Source: Acidimicrobiales bacterium (GTDB lineage: Bacteria > Actinomycetota > Acidimicrobiia > Acidimicrobiales > RAAP-2). Taken from it: 64,000 nt of DNA. The stretch's first letter is position 1. Each line of letters begins with the position of its first letter. The position numbers were made by a program, and so were the translations under genes. The notes under the pieces were generated by a model. That model searched no databases and was not told the DNA's origin. It saw nothing but the letters and a program-made list of their open reading frames with translations. Shown here piece by piece: positions 26,158 through 36,299 of this stretch. The DNA lies in the NCBI GenBank assembly GCA_049521915.1, contig JBEKOI010000007.1:2657-66656 (forward strand). The letters run 5' to 3'.

Positions 26158-26805
26158 GTGAATCCGCGACGGACCGAAGCGCTGAGCGACAGCACTTTTG
26201 CGGTGGCCATGACACTGCTCATCTTCGATGTGCGCCTACCCGCGCCGAGGATCCACTCACTCAGCCGCGATCTGTGGTTCAGTGCCTGGCCCCATTACCT
26301 CGGGTATGTGATCAGCTTCATGGTCATCGGGATGATCTGGGTCAGCCACCACACCATCTTCCGCCTGGTGCAGGCCATTGACCATGGGGTCATGGTCGTG
26401 AATCTCGCCCTGTTGAGCCTGGTCGTCTTCATCCCATTCCCCACCCAGGTGCTCGCCCTGTACATCAGCCAGGGATCGTCCTCCCAGAAGGAGCTCGCCG
26501 TCGCCTTCTACGGGCTCAGCCTTGCCGCCGCCACACTGATGTTGGCTGTGCTCTGGCACTCGATAACCCGGCGTGCGCTCATCCAGACGTGGGTGGGTGA
26601 CGACGAGTTGAAACGCGTCACCCGCAGGTACTACCTCACGCCGGTTCTGTACCTTGTGGCCACCGGGCTGGCCCTGGTTGACGATCGGGTCGGGATTGCC
26701 CTCTTTCTGATCATCGGCAGCGGATATCTTCTGCATACGGGGACCCGGGTGGCACCCTCGAATCCCGACGATCTCGTCGGGACCGGTGGGGCGCTGGAGG
26801 ACTGA
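26158..26805 (+). CDS. TMEM175/DUF1211-family putative K+ channel
   Basis: RTEALSDSTFAVAMTLLIFDV at the N-terminus is the family signature (RxEAFSDGVFAIAITLL). Six predicted TMs. Confidence 0.8.
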   Translation: MNPRRTEALSDSTFAVAMTLLIFDVRLPAPRIHSLSRDLWFSAWPHYLGYVISFMVIGMIWVSHHTIFRLVQAIDHGVMVVNLALLSLVVFIPFPTQVLALYISQGSSSQKELAVAFYGLSLAAATLMLAVLWHSITRRALIQTWVGDDELKRVTRRYYLTPVLYLVATGLALVDDRVGIALFLIIGSGYLLHTGTRVAPSNPDDLVGTGGALED

Positions 26806-27041
26806 GCCGAGCGACGGCATCCCTCCCGGGTCTCAATCCTCGAGCACCGGGTGCGCCCGTGCCCAGACCCTGCCCGTTCCGAGTCGATGGACGGCGATCC
26901 CGCCTCGACGTAGCCTTACCTCGTTCATCCAGAGTGACCTGAGGGACCTGGCCCTGTGACGGTCCGGCAGCCGGCGTCTTGCACGGTGCCAAGGCCAGGA
27001 TCGATGAGGAGGCCCAGGTGGCGTCAGATGCCGAGCCGGGA

Positions 27042-27668
27042 ATGAGCGCGGTCGGTCCCTCGGCTGCGGGTCCCACAACGGCCGCGGATGAGAAGGTGGT
27101 GGCAGGCGGCGTCAGGATCCGCGGTGCCACCTTCGGCGACGCCGAGCAGATCGCCGCCCTCCACGCCGACAGTTGGCGCAGAAATTATCGCGGCGCCTAT
27201 CCGGACGCCTTCCTGGACGGTGAAGTATTCGATGATCGACGGGATGTGTGGAGCACCCGCCTGACGAGACCGGATCCCAACCATCGGACAGTCGTCGCTG
27301 ACCTTGGCGGCGACATCGTCGGCTTTGTCCACACCAACCTCGACGACGATCCGGCGTGGGGTGCCCTCCTCGACAATCTCCACGTGACCCACGCCCTGAA
27401 GCGCAGGGGGCTCGGTACCCTGCTGTTGGCGGCCTCCGCCCGAGCGGTGGTCGATCATGCACCGATGGGACGGCTCCACCTGTGGGTGCTGGAACGGAAC
27501 GCCAACGCCCGGAGCTTCTATGACGAACGAGGTGGTCGGTGCGCCGAACGCCAACGCCGAGAGCCGTTGCCCGGTTACCGGCTGCGTTATGTGTGGGACA
27601 GCCCCATGCGACTCATCCACCCGCCGCACCCAGCGCCCGGGCCACAAAGGCGATGGCGGACTCGATGA
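27042..27668 (+). CDS. GNAT family N-acetyltransferase
   Basis: IRGATFGDAEQIAALHADSW...GFVHTNL...LDNLHVTHALKRRGLGTLLL (the Q/RxxGxG/A acetyl-CoA motif)...NARSFYDERGG. The start is uncertain (26979, 27042 or a later GTG). Confidence 0.75.
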   Translation: MSAVGPSAAGPTTAADEKVVAGGVRIRGATFGDAEQIAALHADSWRRNYRGAYPDAFLDGEVFDDRRDVWSTRLTRPDPNHRTVVADLGGDIVGFVHTNLDDDPAWGALLDNLHVTHALKRRGLGTLLLAASARAVVDHAPMGRLHLWVLERNANARSFYDERGGRCAERQRREPLPGYRLRYVWDSPMRLIHPPHPAPGPQRRWRTR

Positions 27669-28236
27669 ACGATTCGTCGGCCACTTCAGGTTGGAGGATC
27701 CGGAGTAACCCGATCCCCCGGAACAGGACCTCGATGATCCTGGCCGTCTGGATGGCATCGTCGAGGGGCTCGAGACCGAGGCCGTCTCGTTCAGCAGAGA
27801 TGAGCGCGGCCAGAGCTTCCACCGCTTCATCGTCGATCTCGGTGAATTCTTTCCGGACGGCCGGATTCCGAGCGGCGTAGAGCCAGAACTCCTGGTACAG
27901 GAGACCGAAGTTGCTGCGCGCCAGGTGGGCCTGGTCCTGGAAGAGGGCGACGAAATCCGACAGCCGGGCGTCGGGCGGTACATCGGACGCAGCCAGTGTG
28001 GTCCGCAAGGCCTCCGTCTCCTGCTGGTACCTGGCTCTGAACAGGGCCAGGAAGAGATCTTCCTTGTTCTTGAAGTTGGAGTAGACGGCCCCCTTGGTGA
28101 AGCCGGCCACGGTCGCCACCTCGTCGAGGGAGGCCCCGTGGAAGCCCTGTTCGGCGAAGACCTGGGCCGCCGCCGCCAACAGGTGTTCTCGAGTCTGCTG
28201 TCGCCTTCGTTCGGGGGTGAGGGGTTCGATCGCCAT
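27613..28236 (-). CDS. TetR/AcrR family transcriptional regulator
   Basis: TREHLLAAAAQVFAEQGFHGASLDEVATVAGFTKGAVYSNFKNKEDLFLALF is the classic TetR HTH. Start taken at the ATG at 28236. Confidence 0.85.
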   Translation of the reverse strand: MAIEPLTPERRRQQTREHLLAAAAQVFAEQGFHGASLDEVATVAGFTKGAVYSNFKNKEDLFLALFRARYQQETEALRTTLAASDVPPDARLSDFVALFQDQAHLARSNFGLLYQEFWLYAARNPAVRKEFTEIDDEAVEALAALISAERDGLGLEPLDDAIQTARIIEVLFRGIGLLRILQPEVADESFIESAIAFVARALGAAGG

Positions 28237-28254
28237 GGTTGCGCTACGGGTCAG

Positions 28255-28277
28255 CATACTAGATACTGAAGAGTATG
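28255..28277. promoter_or_regulatory. Candidate TetR operator (catact-N11-agtatg) in the divergent intergenic region
   Basis: An inverted repeat read directly. Its right arm overlaps the ATG of the ABC ATPase gene. Confidence 0.35.
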
Positions 28278-29285
28278 TTCGATTCGATCAAGTATGTGGA
28301 GTCACGGGGCTTGGCCCCGGAAGCCGGGGCCACCAGGTCCGGCGCGGCCATTCGGGCCGACGGTTTGGTCCGCAGATTCGGAACGCACATCGCCGTGGAC
28401 GGGGTCGATCTCGAGGTCGAACCGGGTGAGATCTACGGATTCCTCGGGCCGAACGGGGCCGGCAAGTCGACGGTCGTGCGCATGCTGTGCACGCTCCTCG
28501 GCCCGAGCGCCGGGACGGCCCGGGTGGCGGGCCACGATGTCGTCCGAGAGCCCCAGGCCGTACGGACCCGGATCGGCGTCGCCCTCCAGGAGGCGGCCCT
28601 CGACGATCTCCAGACTGGCCGGGAGCTGCTCCGACTCCAGGGGAGGTTGTTCGGACTCACCTCGGGCCAGATCCGCCAACGGATCTCCGAGGTCCTCCGT
28701 ATGGTGGACATCGGGGACGCCATCGATCGCCGGGTCGGGACCTACTCGGGCGGGATGAAGCGCCGGCTCGACCTGGCCATCGCCCTCATCCACAACCCCG
28801 AGGTGCTCTTCCTCGATGAGCCGACGACCGGCCTCGACCCGGCCAGTCGCGCCACCGTCTGGGAAGAGGTGGCCCGCCTCAACCGTGAACTGGGCATGAC
28901 TGTTTTTCTGACCACCCAGTACTTGGAGGAGGCCGATGTCCTGGCCCATCGGCTGGGCATCATCAACGGAGGCAGACTCGTCGCCGAGGGGTCGCCCGAG
29001 ACACTCAAGCGCTCCATCGCCGATGACGTCCTGGTGGCCGATGTCGTCGGCTCCGCGGGAGCGGACGTTCTGGCCCGTCTCACCCGGCTACTGGGGGTGA
29101 GCTCGGTCACCCGAGAGGGTGGTCGGATCACGATTCAGACCATCGATGGTCCTGCGGCCCTCAGCCCCGTCGCCCTAACGCTGGCCGAGAGCCACCTCGA
29201 GGCTCGGAGCATCACCATACGAACGCCGAGCCTCGACGACGTCTTCCTGGCGCTGACCGGTGACCACATCGAGGGGGCAGCATGA
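28275..29285 (+). CDS. ABC-2-type exporter ATP-binding protein (DrrA-like)
   Basis: GFLGPNGAGKSTVVRML, YSGGMKRRLDLAIAL, VLFLDEPTTGLDP. Confidence 0.9.
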   Translation: MFDSIKYVESRGLAPEAGATRSGAAIRADGLVRRFGTHIAVDGVDLEVEPGEIYGFLGPNGAGKSTVVRMLCTLLGPSAGTARVAGHDVVREPQAVRTRIGVALQEAALDDLQTGRELLRLQGRLFGLTSGQIRQRISEVLRMVDIGDAIDRRVGTYSGGMKRRLDLAIALIHNPEVLFLDEPTTGLDPASRATVWEEVARLNRELGMTVFLTTQYLEEADVLAHRLGIINGGRLVAEGSPETLKRSIADDVLVADVVGSAGADVLARLTRLLGVSSVTREGGRITIQTIDGPAALSPVALTLAESHLEARSITIRTPSLDDVFLALTGDHIEGAA

Positions 29286-30010
29286 CCTCGGGGGCTGGTC
29301 TCGACCCTGTCGTCCGGGGCCACGCGGCGGGGTTCTGGCACGACATCGCGGCTGTGGCCGCCAGAGCCCTCCGCCAGATGCGCCGTGAGCCGGTTTCGTT
29401 CCTGCCCGCCGTGTTCATTCCCGCCTTCTTCTACGTCGTGAACCTCGGAGCGCTCGGTCACGTTGCCGACAGAGGGGGGCTCGATTACAAGGCGTTCCTC
29501 CTCCCTATGGCCATTGCCTTTGCCGTCACCGGGGTGTCACGTGCCCCCACCTTGGTCACCGACATCCAGAGCGGGTACTTCGACCGCTTGTGTCTTACGC
29601 CGGTTCGCCGTTTGGCCCTTCTTCTCGGGCTGATGGTGGCCGATGTCGTGGTCATCATCGCCCTCACGATCGCGGTTCTCGCCCTGGGCTCCGCCGTCGG
29701 CGTCCGTTTCTCCACGGGCATCGGGGGAATCCTGGTCTTCATTGGTTTTGCTGCGCTGTGGGGGCTGGTATTCACCGGGTTCCCGTATGCCGTGGCCCTC
29801 AAGACGGGAAGCCCCGCCGCCGTGAATGCCACGTTCGTCGTCTTCTTCCCGTTCGCGTTCCTGACCGACGCCATCATCCCCAAGGCTGATCTGACGAGTT
29901 GGTTCTCGACCGTTGCCACCTACAACCCGGTGACGTACCTGCTCGGTGCCCAACGGTCCGTGATCATCGGCGGGTGGCATCTGCGAGGGCGTATCCGGCG
30001 AGGGGTGTAA
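29282..30010 (+). CDS. ABC-2-type exporter permease
   Basis: 4-bp overlap with the ATPase gene. 242 aa with about 6 hydrophobic segments. Confidence 0.8.
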   Translation: MTSGAGLDPVVRGHAAGFWHDIAAVAARALRQMRREPVSFLPAVFIPAFFYVVNLGALGHVADRGGLDYKAFLLPMAIAFAVTGVSRAPTLVTDIQSGYFDRLCLTPVRRLALLLGLMVADVVVIIALTIAVLALGSAVGVRFSTGIGGILVFIGFAALWGLVFTGFPYAVALKTGSPAAVNATFVVFFPFAFLTDAIIPKADLTSWFSTVATYNPVTYLLGAQRSVIIGGWHLRGRIRRGV

Positions 30011-30332
30011 CCCACTACGCGTGCGGAAGCCGTTGGAGCCGGTCCTACTGAGCCTTCGGCCAGGCTTCGAAAGTGCCTGTTCCGGCCTCTTCGGAATCGG
30101 TCCCGTCGCTCATCGCATCACTACAAGTCACGAAGGCATAGTTTCCTTGATTTCAAGCACCCGGTGGATGGCTCCGAGGCCTGTCGCTCCTGGGGATGCA
30201 CCGGAACCGACAGGCTGTCAACATCCACTCAAGGAAGCACGTTGGGATGTCGATCAAGACAAGAGTCGACCGAACAGAAACGGCGCGGGATGTCCGGGGT
30301 GGGACCATCATGGATCGACGTCAGAAGGTGAG

Positions 30333-31277
30333 ATGCCACAGGTAAGCGTCGTTATTCCGGTCTATCGCGGCGGGCCGTTCGTGCGCGACGCCGTTCGATC
30401 GGCCGTCACCCAGTCGCTCGATGATCTCGAGGTCCTCGTCGTCTCAGATGGGTGCACTGAAGATCTCACCGACCTTGAGAGGATGGACCGGCGCGTGCAG
30501 GTCCTGAACCGGGACCATGCCGGAGTGTCGATTGCCCGCAATTCGGGTGTTGCCGCCAGCCTCGGGGAGTACGTGGCCTTCCTCGATGAAGACGATCGGT
30601 GCCGGTCCGACCGCTTACAAAGCCAGCACGACGCACTCCGGGATAGTCCCTCGGCCGGTATGTGCCACGGGGGATTCCAGGTCATGAATGTCGATGGCGT
30701 GGTGGAAGGTCCTCGGCTTGGCAAGGATCTCGACTATCCCGCCATGCTCGCCTGTCAGTTCCCTCTGCTGTCGTCGATCATGGTTCGCCGGTCAGTCTTC
30801 TGGGAAGTTGGGGGCTTCGATCCCGCACTTGTCACCGGAGAGGATGTGGACTTTGCTCTGCGGATCGCCATGCAGAGCGAAGTGGTATACCTGCCTGAGG
30901 TTCTTACGTACTACCGGGCTCACGATTCCAACACGACGAACACGATTGCCGGGATCTGGGATACGTACCCTGTAATTCAAAGGCACCGCCGGTGGGCCGA
31001 ACGCGCCGGACGATCCGATCTCGTGCAGGCCGCGGACTCTGGGTTGCATGAGATTCGGCATAATGCATCGAACCTCGCCTTTCACAACGCGCGGGACGCC
31101 CGCCGCCAGGGAAACTTATCGGAGGCGGCCAGACAGATGGCGCTCAGCTTCTTGCGTGATCCGAGTCTGGCCTCCTCTCAGGTCTGGAGTGCAGCGTTCC
31201 GCTCCTCGAGCACCCCGGCCGTCGACTGGATGACCCGAGGCTGCCGCAAGGCGAAGGCCAGAGGGATACCGCGCTGA
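30333..31277 (+). CDS. Family 2 glycosyltransferase
   Basis: ATG at 30333 follows gaaggtgag. VSVVIPVYRGGPFVRDAVRSAVTQSLDDLEVLVVSDGCTED ... VAFLDEDD (DxD). Confidence 0.85.
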   Translation: MPQVSVVIPVYRGGPFVRDAVRSAVTQSLDDLEVLVVSDGCTEDLTDLERMDRRVQVLNRDHAGVSIARNSGVAASLGEYVAFLDEDDRCRSDRLQSQHDALRDSPSAGMCHGGFQVMNVDGVVEGPRLGKDLDYPAMLACQFPLLSSIMVRRSVFWEVGGFDPALVTGEDVDFALRIAMQSEVVYLPEVLTYYRAHDSNTTNTIAGIWDTYPVIQRHRRWAERAGRSDLVQAADSGLHEIRHNASNLAFHNARDARRQGNLSEAARQMALSFLRDPSLASSQVWSAAFRSSSTPAVDWMTRGCRKAKARGIPR

Positions 31278-31286
31278 CAACTGGCG

Positions 31287-33047
31287 ATGGAAATCGCAGA
31301 GCGGGACGGTGAGGGCCTGGATACCTCGATACGACGCCCCATTCCCGCCGGAGGCCGGTTCGGTGGGCCGACGAGGGCCATGCATAATGATGCGAACATG
31401 GATGACCATTTCGTCGACTCCTCCGGGCATCCACTCCCGACGGGCGATGACCCATCTCTTCCGGTCGCCAAGCCGGCCTGGCTCCATCGTGCGACCGTCG
31501 AAGTGGTGGCAGTAGGGATTCTGATCACCGCCCTGTTGGTGTGGACGTCTTGGTCGCTCAATCGTCACAACGAGTCCCGCCTGCTCAATCTCCAGGCCAA
31601 ACAGGTGGAAAGTGTGCTGGCCGCGGCCATCCCGACCACGCAGATCCCTCTGGAACTGGGTGCCGAAATCGCCCAATCGAGCGACGGAGACGTTTCCAAG
31701 TTCAGGGCATTCATGGCCGGGCAAATCGGCGGATCGCAGGGCTTCTCGTCTGTCTCGCTTTGGCAGAACGTCGGAGGGTCGGTATCCGAGGTGACGGCAC
31801 TGGGTGCCCCTGTCTCGACCGGCCCAGGATCGGCAATCGATCGCGCCTTCCGGAGCTCGACGTTCGTCGTCGTCGAACTATCGGGCGCCGGGCGGCGCAG
31901 CCTCGGCTATGCCGTCGCCCTTCCCGGAACAGGTCGGCGGTTTGCCATCTATGCGGAGCGGCCCCTGCCGGCGGACCGAAGGGCGCGCGTTGCCAGCAAT
32001 TCAGCCTTCTCGGACCTCAACTATGCGATCTATCTGGGTGCCGGCCAGAGCCCCTCCCACCTGCTGACGACCGATATCGGTCAGTTCCCGATTTCGGGAG
32101 AGACCGCGACGGTCACCGTCCCCTTCGGCGACACCGTCCTCACCACCGTGGTGACGGCCAGGAGCCCCCTCGGTGGTGCGCTGTCGGCCAATTTGGCGTG
32201 GATCGTGGGCGTCGCCGGTATCCTGCTCACGGTTGGTGCCGCCTGGCTGACTGAACGGCTCGTGCGGCGCCGACGCCACGCAGAGAGCGCCGAGGCTGAA
32301 GTCCGCAATGTCTACGGCGAGCTCGAAACGCTCTATGCAGAGCAGCGCACGATCGCAGAGACACTGCAGAGGGCCCTGCTCCCTCAGGTCCTGCCCAGCA
32401 TTGCCGGCATCGAGGTCGCCGCCCGCTACCTGCCGGGAGCACGGGGTGTCGAGATCGGTGGCGATTGGTACAGCGCGGTGGGGCTGGATGACGAGCGGTT
32501 CGCCTTCGTGGTCGGCGACGTCTCGGGACGGGGTCTGGCTGCCGCTTCCATCATGGCCCGCCTACGTTTCACCATCCGGGCCCATGCGCTCGATGGCGAC
32601 CCGGCAGCACTCATCCTTGACAAATGCACGAGGCATCTCGATATCACCCGTGACGGGCACTTTGCCACCGTACTCGTGGGGATCGGGGATCTGAGGACGA
32701 GGGAGATGACCATCGCCAATGCAGGTCATCTCGCCCCGTTGCTGGTCAGCAAGGCTTACACGGGCTTCATCGATACGGTCCCGGGCCCACCCATCGGAGT
32801 ACGCGGCGCTCCGTATGCATCCGTGACCGTCTCTGTCACACCACCGGCCACGATCGTCGCCTTCACCGATGGGCTGGTCGAACGTCGGGGGGAGATCCTC
32901 GACGTGGGTCTGGGAAGACTCGAAACCGCGGTGAGGGCAGATGAGGACCGGCCGCTGGAAGAGCTGCTCGATCGTGTGCTCGAGGATCTCGACGGGTATA
33001 GCTCGGAAGATGACATCGCCATTCTGGGGTTGCGATGGACAACGTAG
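31287..33047 (+). CDS. Membrane-anchored PP2C/SpoIIE-family serine phosphatase with an extracytoplasmic sensor region
   Basis: A TM, then about 230 aa, then a second TM, then LQRALLPQ...VAARYLPGARGVEIGGDWY...FVVGDVSGRGLAAASIMARLR...ANAGHLAPLL...FTDGLVE. The start is uncertain (31287 or 31380). Confidence 0.8.
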   Translation: MEIAERDGEGLDTSIRRPIPAGGRFGGPTRAMHNDANMDDHFVDSSGHPLPTGDDPSLPVAKPAWLHRATVEVVAVGILITALLVWTSWSLNRHNESRLLNLQAKQVESVLAAAIPTTQIPLELGAEIAQSSDGDVSKFRAFMAGQIGGSQGFSSVSLWQNVGGSVSEVTALGAPVSTGPGSAIDRAFRSSTFVVVELSGAGRRSLGYAVALPGTGRRFAIYAERPLPADRRARVASNSAFSDLNYAIYLGAGQSPSHLLTTDIGQFPISGETATVTVPFGDTVLTTVVTARSPLGGALSANLAWIVGVAGILLTVGAAWLTERLVRRRRHAESAEAEVRNVYGELETLYAEQRTIAETLQRALLPQVLPSIAGIEVAARYLPGARGVEIGGDWYSAVGLDDERFAFVVGDVSGRGLAAASIMARLRFTIRAHALDGDPAALILDKCTRHLDITRDGHFATVLVGIGDLRTREMTIANAGHLAPLLVSKAYTGFIDTVPGPPIGVRGAPYASVTVSVTPPATIVAFTDGLVERRGEILDVGLGRLETAVRADEDRPLEELLDRVLEDLDGYSSEDDIAILGLRWTT

Positions 33048-33151
33048 CGCTGCCGGCCTGTCAGATCGAAGGCCGCTGCATCTGACCACCGATCGCCGAG
33101 GCACCGGTCGGGCCGCGTCGCGTGGCTCGGCTGAGGAGGAGGACGCCGACA

Positions 33152-33553
33152 ATGAACCTTGACCTGGTCACCCTGGTCGTGGACGAGTACGACACGGCCA
33201 TCCGATTCTTCGTCGACGCGCTGGGGTTCGACCTCGTCGAGGACTCACCAAGCCGAACGGAGAGCGGAGAGCCCAAACGCTGGGTCGTGGTGAGGCCACC
33301 CGGTGCCGAGACCGGAATCTTGCTGGCCCGTGCCGACGGCGAGCGCCAGGCATCCGTTGTCGGGGCCCAAGCCGACCGCCGGGTTGCATTTTTCCTCCGC
33401 GTCGACGACTTCGACGATTCCTATGGCCGGATGACGTCGGCCGGTGTGCGATTCATCCGACCCCCGCGGGCGGAACCTTACGGTCGTGTGGCCGTCTTCC
33501 TCGACTGCGTGGGCAACCGTTGGGACCTTCTCGGGCCCGGCCCAGCGACCTAG
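33152..33553 (+). CDS. VOC (glyoxalase/bleomycin-resistance) family protein
   Basis: ATG at 33152 follows gaggaggagga. LVTLVVDEYDTAIRFFVDALGFDLVED...GRVAVFLDCVGNRWDLL. Confidence 0.8.
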   Translation: MNLDLVTLVVDEYDTAIRFFVDALGFDLVEDSPSRTESGEPKRWVVVRPPGAETGILLARADGERQASVVGAQADRRVAFFLRVDDFDDSYGRMTSAGVRFIRPPRAEPYGRVAVFLDCVGNRWDLLGPGPAT

Positions 33554-33591
33554 TCCGCGGCCGGCGGGATCTTCGTGCCCGAACGTCCAGG

Positions 33592-33792
33592 TCAGGCGTG
33601 GATCAGCCCGCCCTCGGTTTGTGGAGCGGGAAGGAGGTTGTCGGTGCACCAGGTGGTGGGAGGCGGATCCTGGGACTCGACACCGTTGTCGATGACCAAC
33701 GCTGTCGGCCTCCCATTCGAGAACCATCTGGCGCTGTGCTGGCGGAAGGGATCGCCGTACCAGCCCTGGGCTTTGAAAGAACTGTGTGACAT
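33592..33792 (-). CDS. Small DUF2510-like protein
   Basis: 66 aa. GWYGDPFRQHSARWFSNGRPT resembles the GWYPDP...RYWDG motif of DUF2510. Confidence 0.5.
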   Translation of the reverse strand: MSHSSFKAQGWYGDPFRQHSARWFSNGRPTALVIDNGVESQDPPPTTWCTDNLLPAPQTEGGLIHA

Positions 33793-33911
33793 CCGGTTAG
33801 TTTACCCTACGTTTACCTGGATGTCACGTTACGTTCACTTCCAGAAGGACGTGAAGCGAGGGCGGAGACGGGGGATCGTGCCCCTGGAGCCGGCCTCCCG
33901 GGGGCAGCCGC

Positions 33912-34643
33912 TCAGAGCTCCATCAGCGCGGGGGCCAGCTGGCGGTAGGCCGCCAGGGGGAACGACTCCAGAGGCGCGATGACCTGGACGCAGACATGGT
34001 TGGCGCCAGCTTCGAGGTGCTGACGTATCCGGCTGGCGATGTCGTCCGCTCCGCCCCAGGCCACCATTCGAGCCGTGCTTGCGTCCTCTTCCAGCACCAC
34101 GCTGACCTCGGGGGCCAGCAGCGCACCGCCTCCCAGGAGCTGGCGGGCTCGAACCGTGTGTTCGACCGGTACGAAGTAGGGGTGGGCACCGGCGGCTCGC
34201 TCGGCTGCGAGGTCCAGCATGCGAGGTCCGAGGGCGGCGACGACCCTCCGCTCCCTGGCCACCGGAGGGCCGGCGGCGTCGAGGGCATCGAGATAGTCGA
34301 CCATGTGACGGTACGGGCGGGTGTAGTTCTCGACGATCGCCGCGTGACTGGCTCCGAGCCCGAGGACGAAACGGTTCGGATGCCGCAGCTCGAGGTCCGC
34401 CACGGCCTGAGCCATGGCGTGAGGAGCCGTTGACCAGATGCTCACGATGCCGCTGCACACCATCGCCCGGGTGGTCGCTCCGAGCAGTCGCTCGAAATGC
34501 GGTGACAGCCCCGGTTGGAACCCACCCGAAGACCACAATGCCGAATAGCCGAGTTCTTCCAACTCGGCGGCGACGTCGAATGAAGCCTCGTCGGCGACCC
34601 GCCAGCTACCGCTCCACCAGACGCCCACTCGCCCGAGGTCCAC
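33912..34643 (-). CDS. Luciferase-like (LLM class) probable F420-dependent oxidoreductase
   Basis: LGRVGVWWSG...ELEELGYSALWSSGG...RFVLGLGASH...LGPRMLDLAAERAAGAHPYF. Confidence 0.8.
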   Translation of the reverse strand: MDLGRVGVWWSGSWRVADEASFDVAAELEELGYSALWSSGGFQPGLSPHFERLLGATTRAMVCSGIVSIWSTAPHAMAQAVADLELRHPNRFVLGLGASHAAIVENYTRPYRHMVDYLDALDAAGPPVARERRVVAALGPRMLDLAAERAAGAHPYFVPVEHTVRARQLLGGGALLAPEVSVVLEEDASTARMVAWGGADDIASRIRQHLEAGANHVCVQVIAPLESFPLAAYRQLAPALMEL

Positions 34644-34708
34644 TCGGCCACGCTACCCGAGCGGTCGTCCCGGCACCCGTCCTGGGTGCTGGGTCGATCC
34701 GTCCCGCC

Positions 34709-35923
34709 CTACGCCCCTTTGGGCGGACCTTGTGTCCAGAGCAGGGATGCATGGCCACCCGGAGCTATGGCCACAAGCGCGGACCTGTCGGCGTATCCGT
34801 TCCCGTAGAAGGTATCGAGGTAGACGGTCCCGTTCGGGGCCACGGCGATCCCATTGGGCGAAAACCCTGTGACCCCGAGGTAGCTGGTGCGGTAAGTCGT
34901 CGGGAAGGACACGATCGTCCGCCCTCCTCGAGGAGTGAGCTCCAGGACCTCCAATTCGTCCATGGCCAGCACCGCCCCGTCGGGTGCGGTCACCAGGCCG
35001 CCGTCTCCCCTCGGGTAGGCGGAGCCGACGACGCTCAGCGTGCCCTCGGAATTCACCATGAGAATGGTCTTCGTGTTCGATCCGGCGATATAGAGGTTCC
35101 CCGCCTTATCGAAGGCCAGTCCATTGGGGCCATCGGCTGAGGCGTCGACCGCCGGACCTCCGACCCCGTAGAGGCCCTCGTCCATGCCATTCGGGTTGCC
35201 GACGACCCGTGTGAAGGCCCCGCCCGTCCCCAAACGCAGGATCTCGTTGCCGGATGCCACATACATCAGCCCGTCGGGTCCGAACGTGACGGCGGAGGGG
35301 AGGAGCCCGGCATCGAGGGCCTGGGTGCCATCGGTCACCCATTCCCCTTGTCCTCCTTGGCCGGACCCAGCGACCGTCGAGATGATCCCTGCGGGCGATA
35401 CGGCTCGGATCCGTCCGTTGCCATAGTCGGCGATGTACAACGTGCCGCCGGGGCCGAATGTGATGCTGGCCGGGTAATTGAGCTCCGCCTTCGTCGCAGG
35501 TCCACCGTCGCCGGAGAACCCGACGGCGCCGTCCCCGGCAACGACCTGGAAGGTCCCGTTGCCAAGTCGTTCGAGGACCTGGTTGCGAATGTTGTCGGCC
35601 AGGTAGAGGTTGCCGTCGGGTCCGAAGGCCAGTGCCCCTGGCCGGCTCGGTTGGATCTCCGTCGCCCGTGGCCCGCTCGTCGTGACTCGATGGGAGGGCG
35701 AGGAGTGGGGGATTCGTCTCGGGACACCCGGACTGCGCCCGGAAAGGGTGACGGCCAGAACAACCACGACGACCAGCACCACGATGACACACGAGGAGGC
35801 GAGCCACCGACGCCGCTGCCTCCGCCGGGCATCCCTGATGACCAGTTCCTCGCCGACACGCGAGGTCGGGCTCTCCGTGAGACCGGACTCGGTCCTGGTC
35901 GGAGTGGATGGGAGGGCTGGCAT
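34709..35923 (-). CDS. Membrane-anchored NHL-repeat protein
   Basis: N-terminal TM, then repeated units of the form P.GLAFGPDGNLY(I/L)AD (at least 6), typical of NHL beta-propellers. Confidence 0.8.
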   Translation of the reverse strand: MPALPSTPTRTESGLTESPTSRVGEELVIRDARRRQRRRWLASSCVIVVLVVVVVLAVTLSGRSPGVPRRIPHSSPSHRVTTSGPRATEIQPSRPGALAFGPDGNLYLADNIRNQVLERLGNGTFQVVAGDGAVGFSGDGGPATKAELNYPASITFGPGGTLYIADYGNGRIRAVSPAGIISTVAGSGQGGQGEWVTDGTQALDAGLLPSAVTFGPDGLMYVASGNEILRLGTGGAFTRVVGNPNGMDEGLYGVGGPAVDASADGPNGLAFDKAGNLYIAGSNTKTILMVNSEGTLSVVGSAYPRGDGGLVTAPDGAVLAMDELEVLELTPRGGRTIVSFPTTYRTSYLGVTGFSPNGIAVAPNGTVYLDTFYGNGYADRSALVAIAPGGHASLLWTQGPPKGA

Positions 35924-35928
35924 GAGAA

Positions 35929-35949
35929 GATACTAAGTCATCTAGTATC
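35929..35949. promoter_or_regulatory. Candidate GntR operator palindrome gatacta-N7-tagtatc
   Basis: A perfect 7-bp inverted repeat in the 34-bp gap between the divergent NHL and GntR genes, 9 bp before the GntR ATG. Confidence 0.4.
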
Positions 35950-35957
35950 ATCTGTCC

Positions 35958-36299
35958 ATGGCACTGAACCCTGAAAGCCCGCTTCCTCTCTACCTGCAAG
36001 TGGCGGCCGAGCTCCGTCGGGACATCGCCGAAGGTGAAGCCAGGCCGGGGGAGCGCCTCCCACCGGCACGCGACATGGCCGCCGTCCTCGGCGTCAACCA
36101 GAACACCATGTTCCGGGCCCTGCGCCAATTGCGTGATGAGGGCCTGTTGGAGTTCCGGCGGGGACGGGGCATCTCGGTCGCCGGCGATGCTCCAGGCCTC
36201 AGCGAGGTGGTCACCCGCTGTCGTGAGCTGCTCGGCTTTTCGAGTCGGTACGGCTATCGCAAAGAAGAGGTCATCCGCATCATCGAAGGCCTCTCCTGA
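35958..36299 (+). CDS. GntR family (short, YtrA-like) transcriptional regulator
   Basis: PLYLQVAAELRRDIAEGEARPGERLPPARDMAAVLGVNQNTMFRALRQLRDEGLLEFRRGRGISV. Confidence 0.85.
   Translation: MALNPESPLPLYLQVAAELRRDIAEGEARPGERLPPARDMAAVLGVNQNTMFRALRQLRDEGLLEFRRGRGISVAGDAPGLSEVVTRCRELLGFSSRYGYRKEEVIRIIEGLS

Noticed and set aside
27613-27668. 56-bp convergent overlap between the 3' ends of the GNAT and TetR genes.
   Set aside because: The GNAT tail here (…HPPHPAPGPQRRWRTR) looks like read-through past the folded domain into the TetR gene's antisense. It is probably a trivial consequence of a late stop codon rather than a regulatory overlap.
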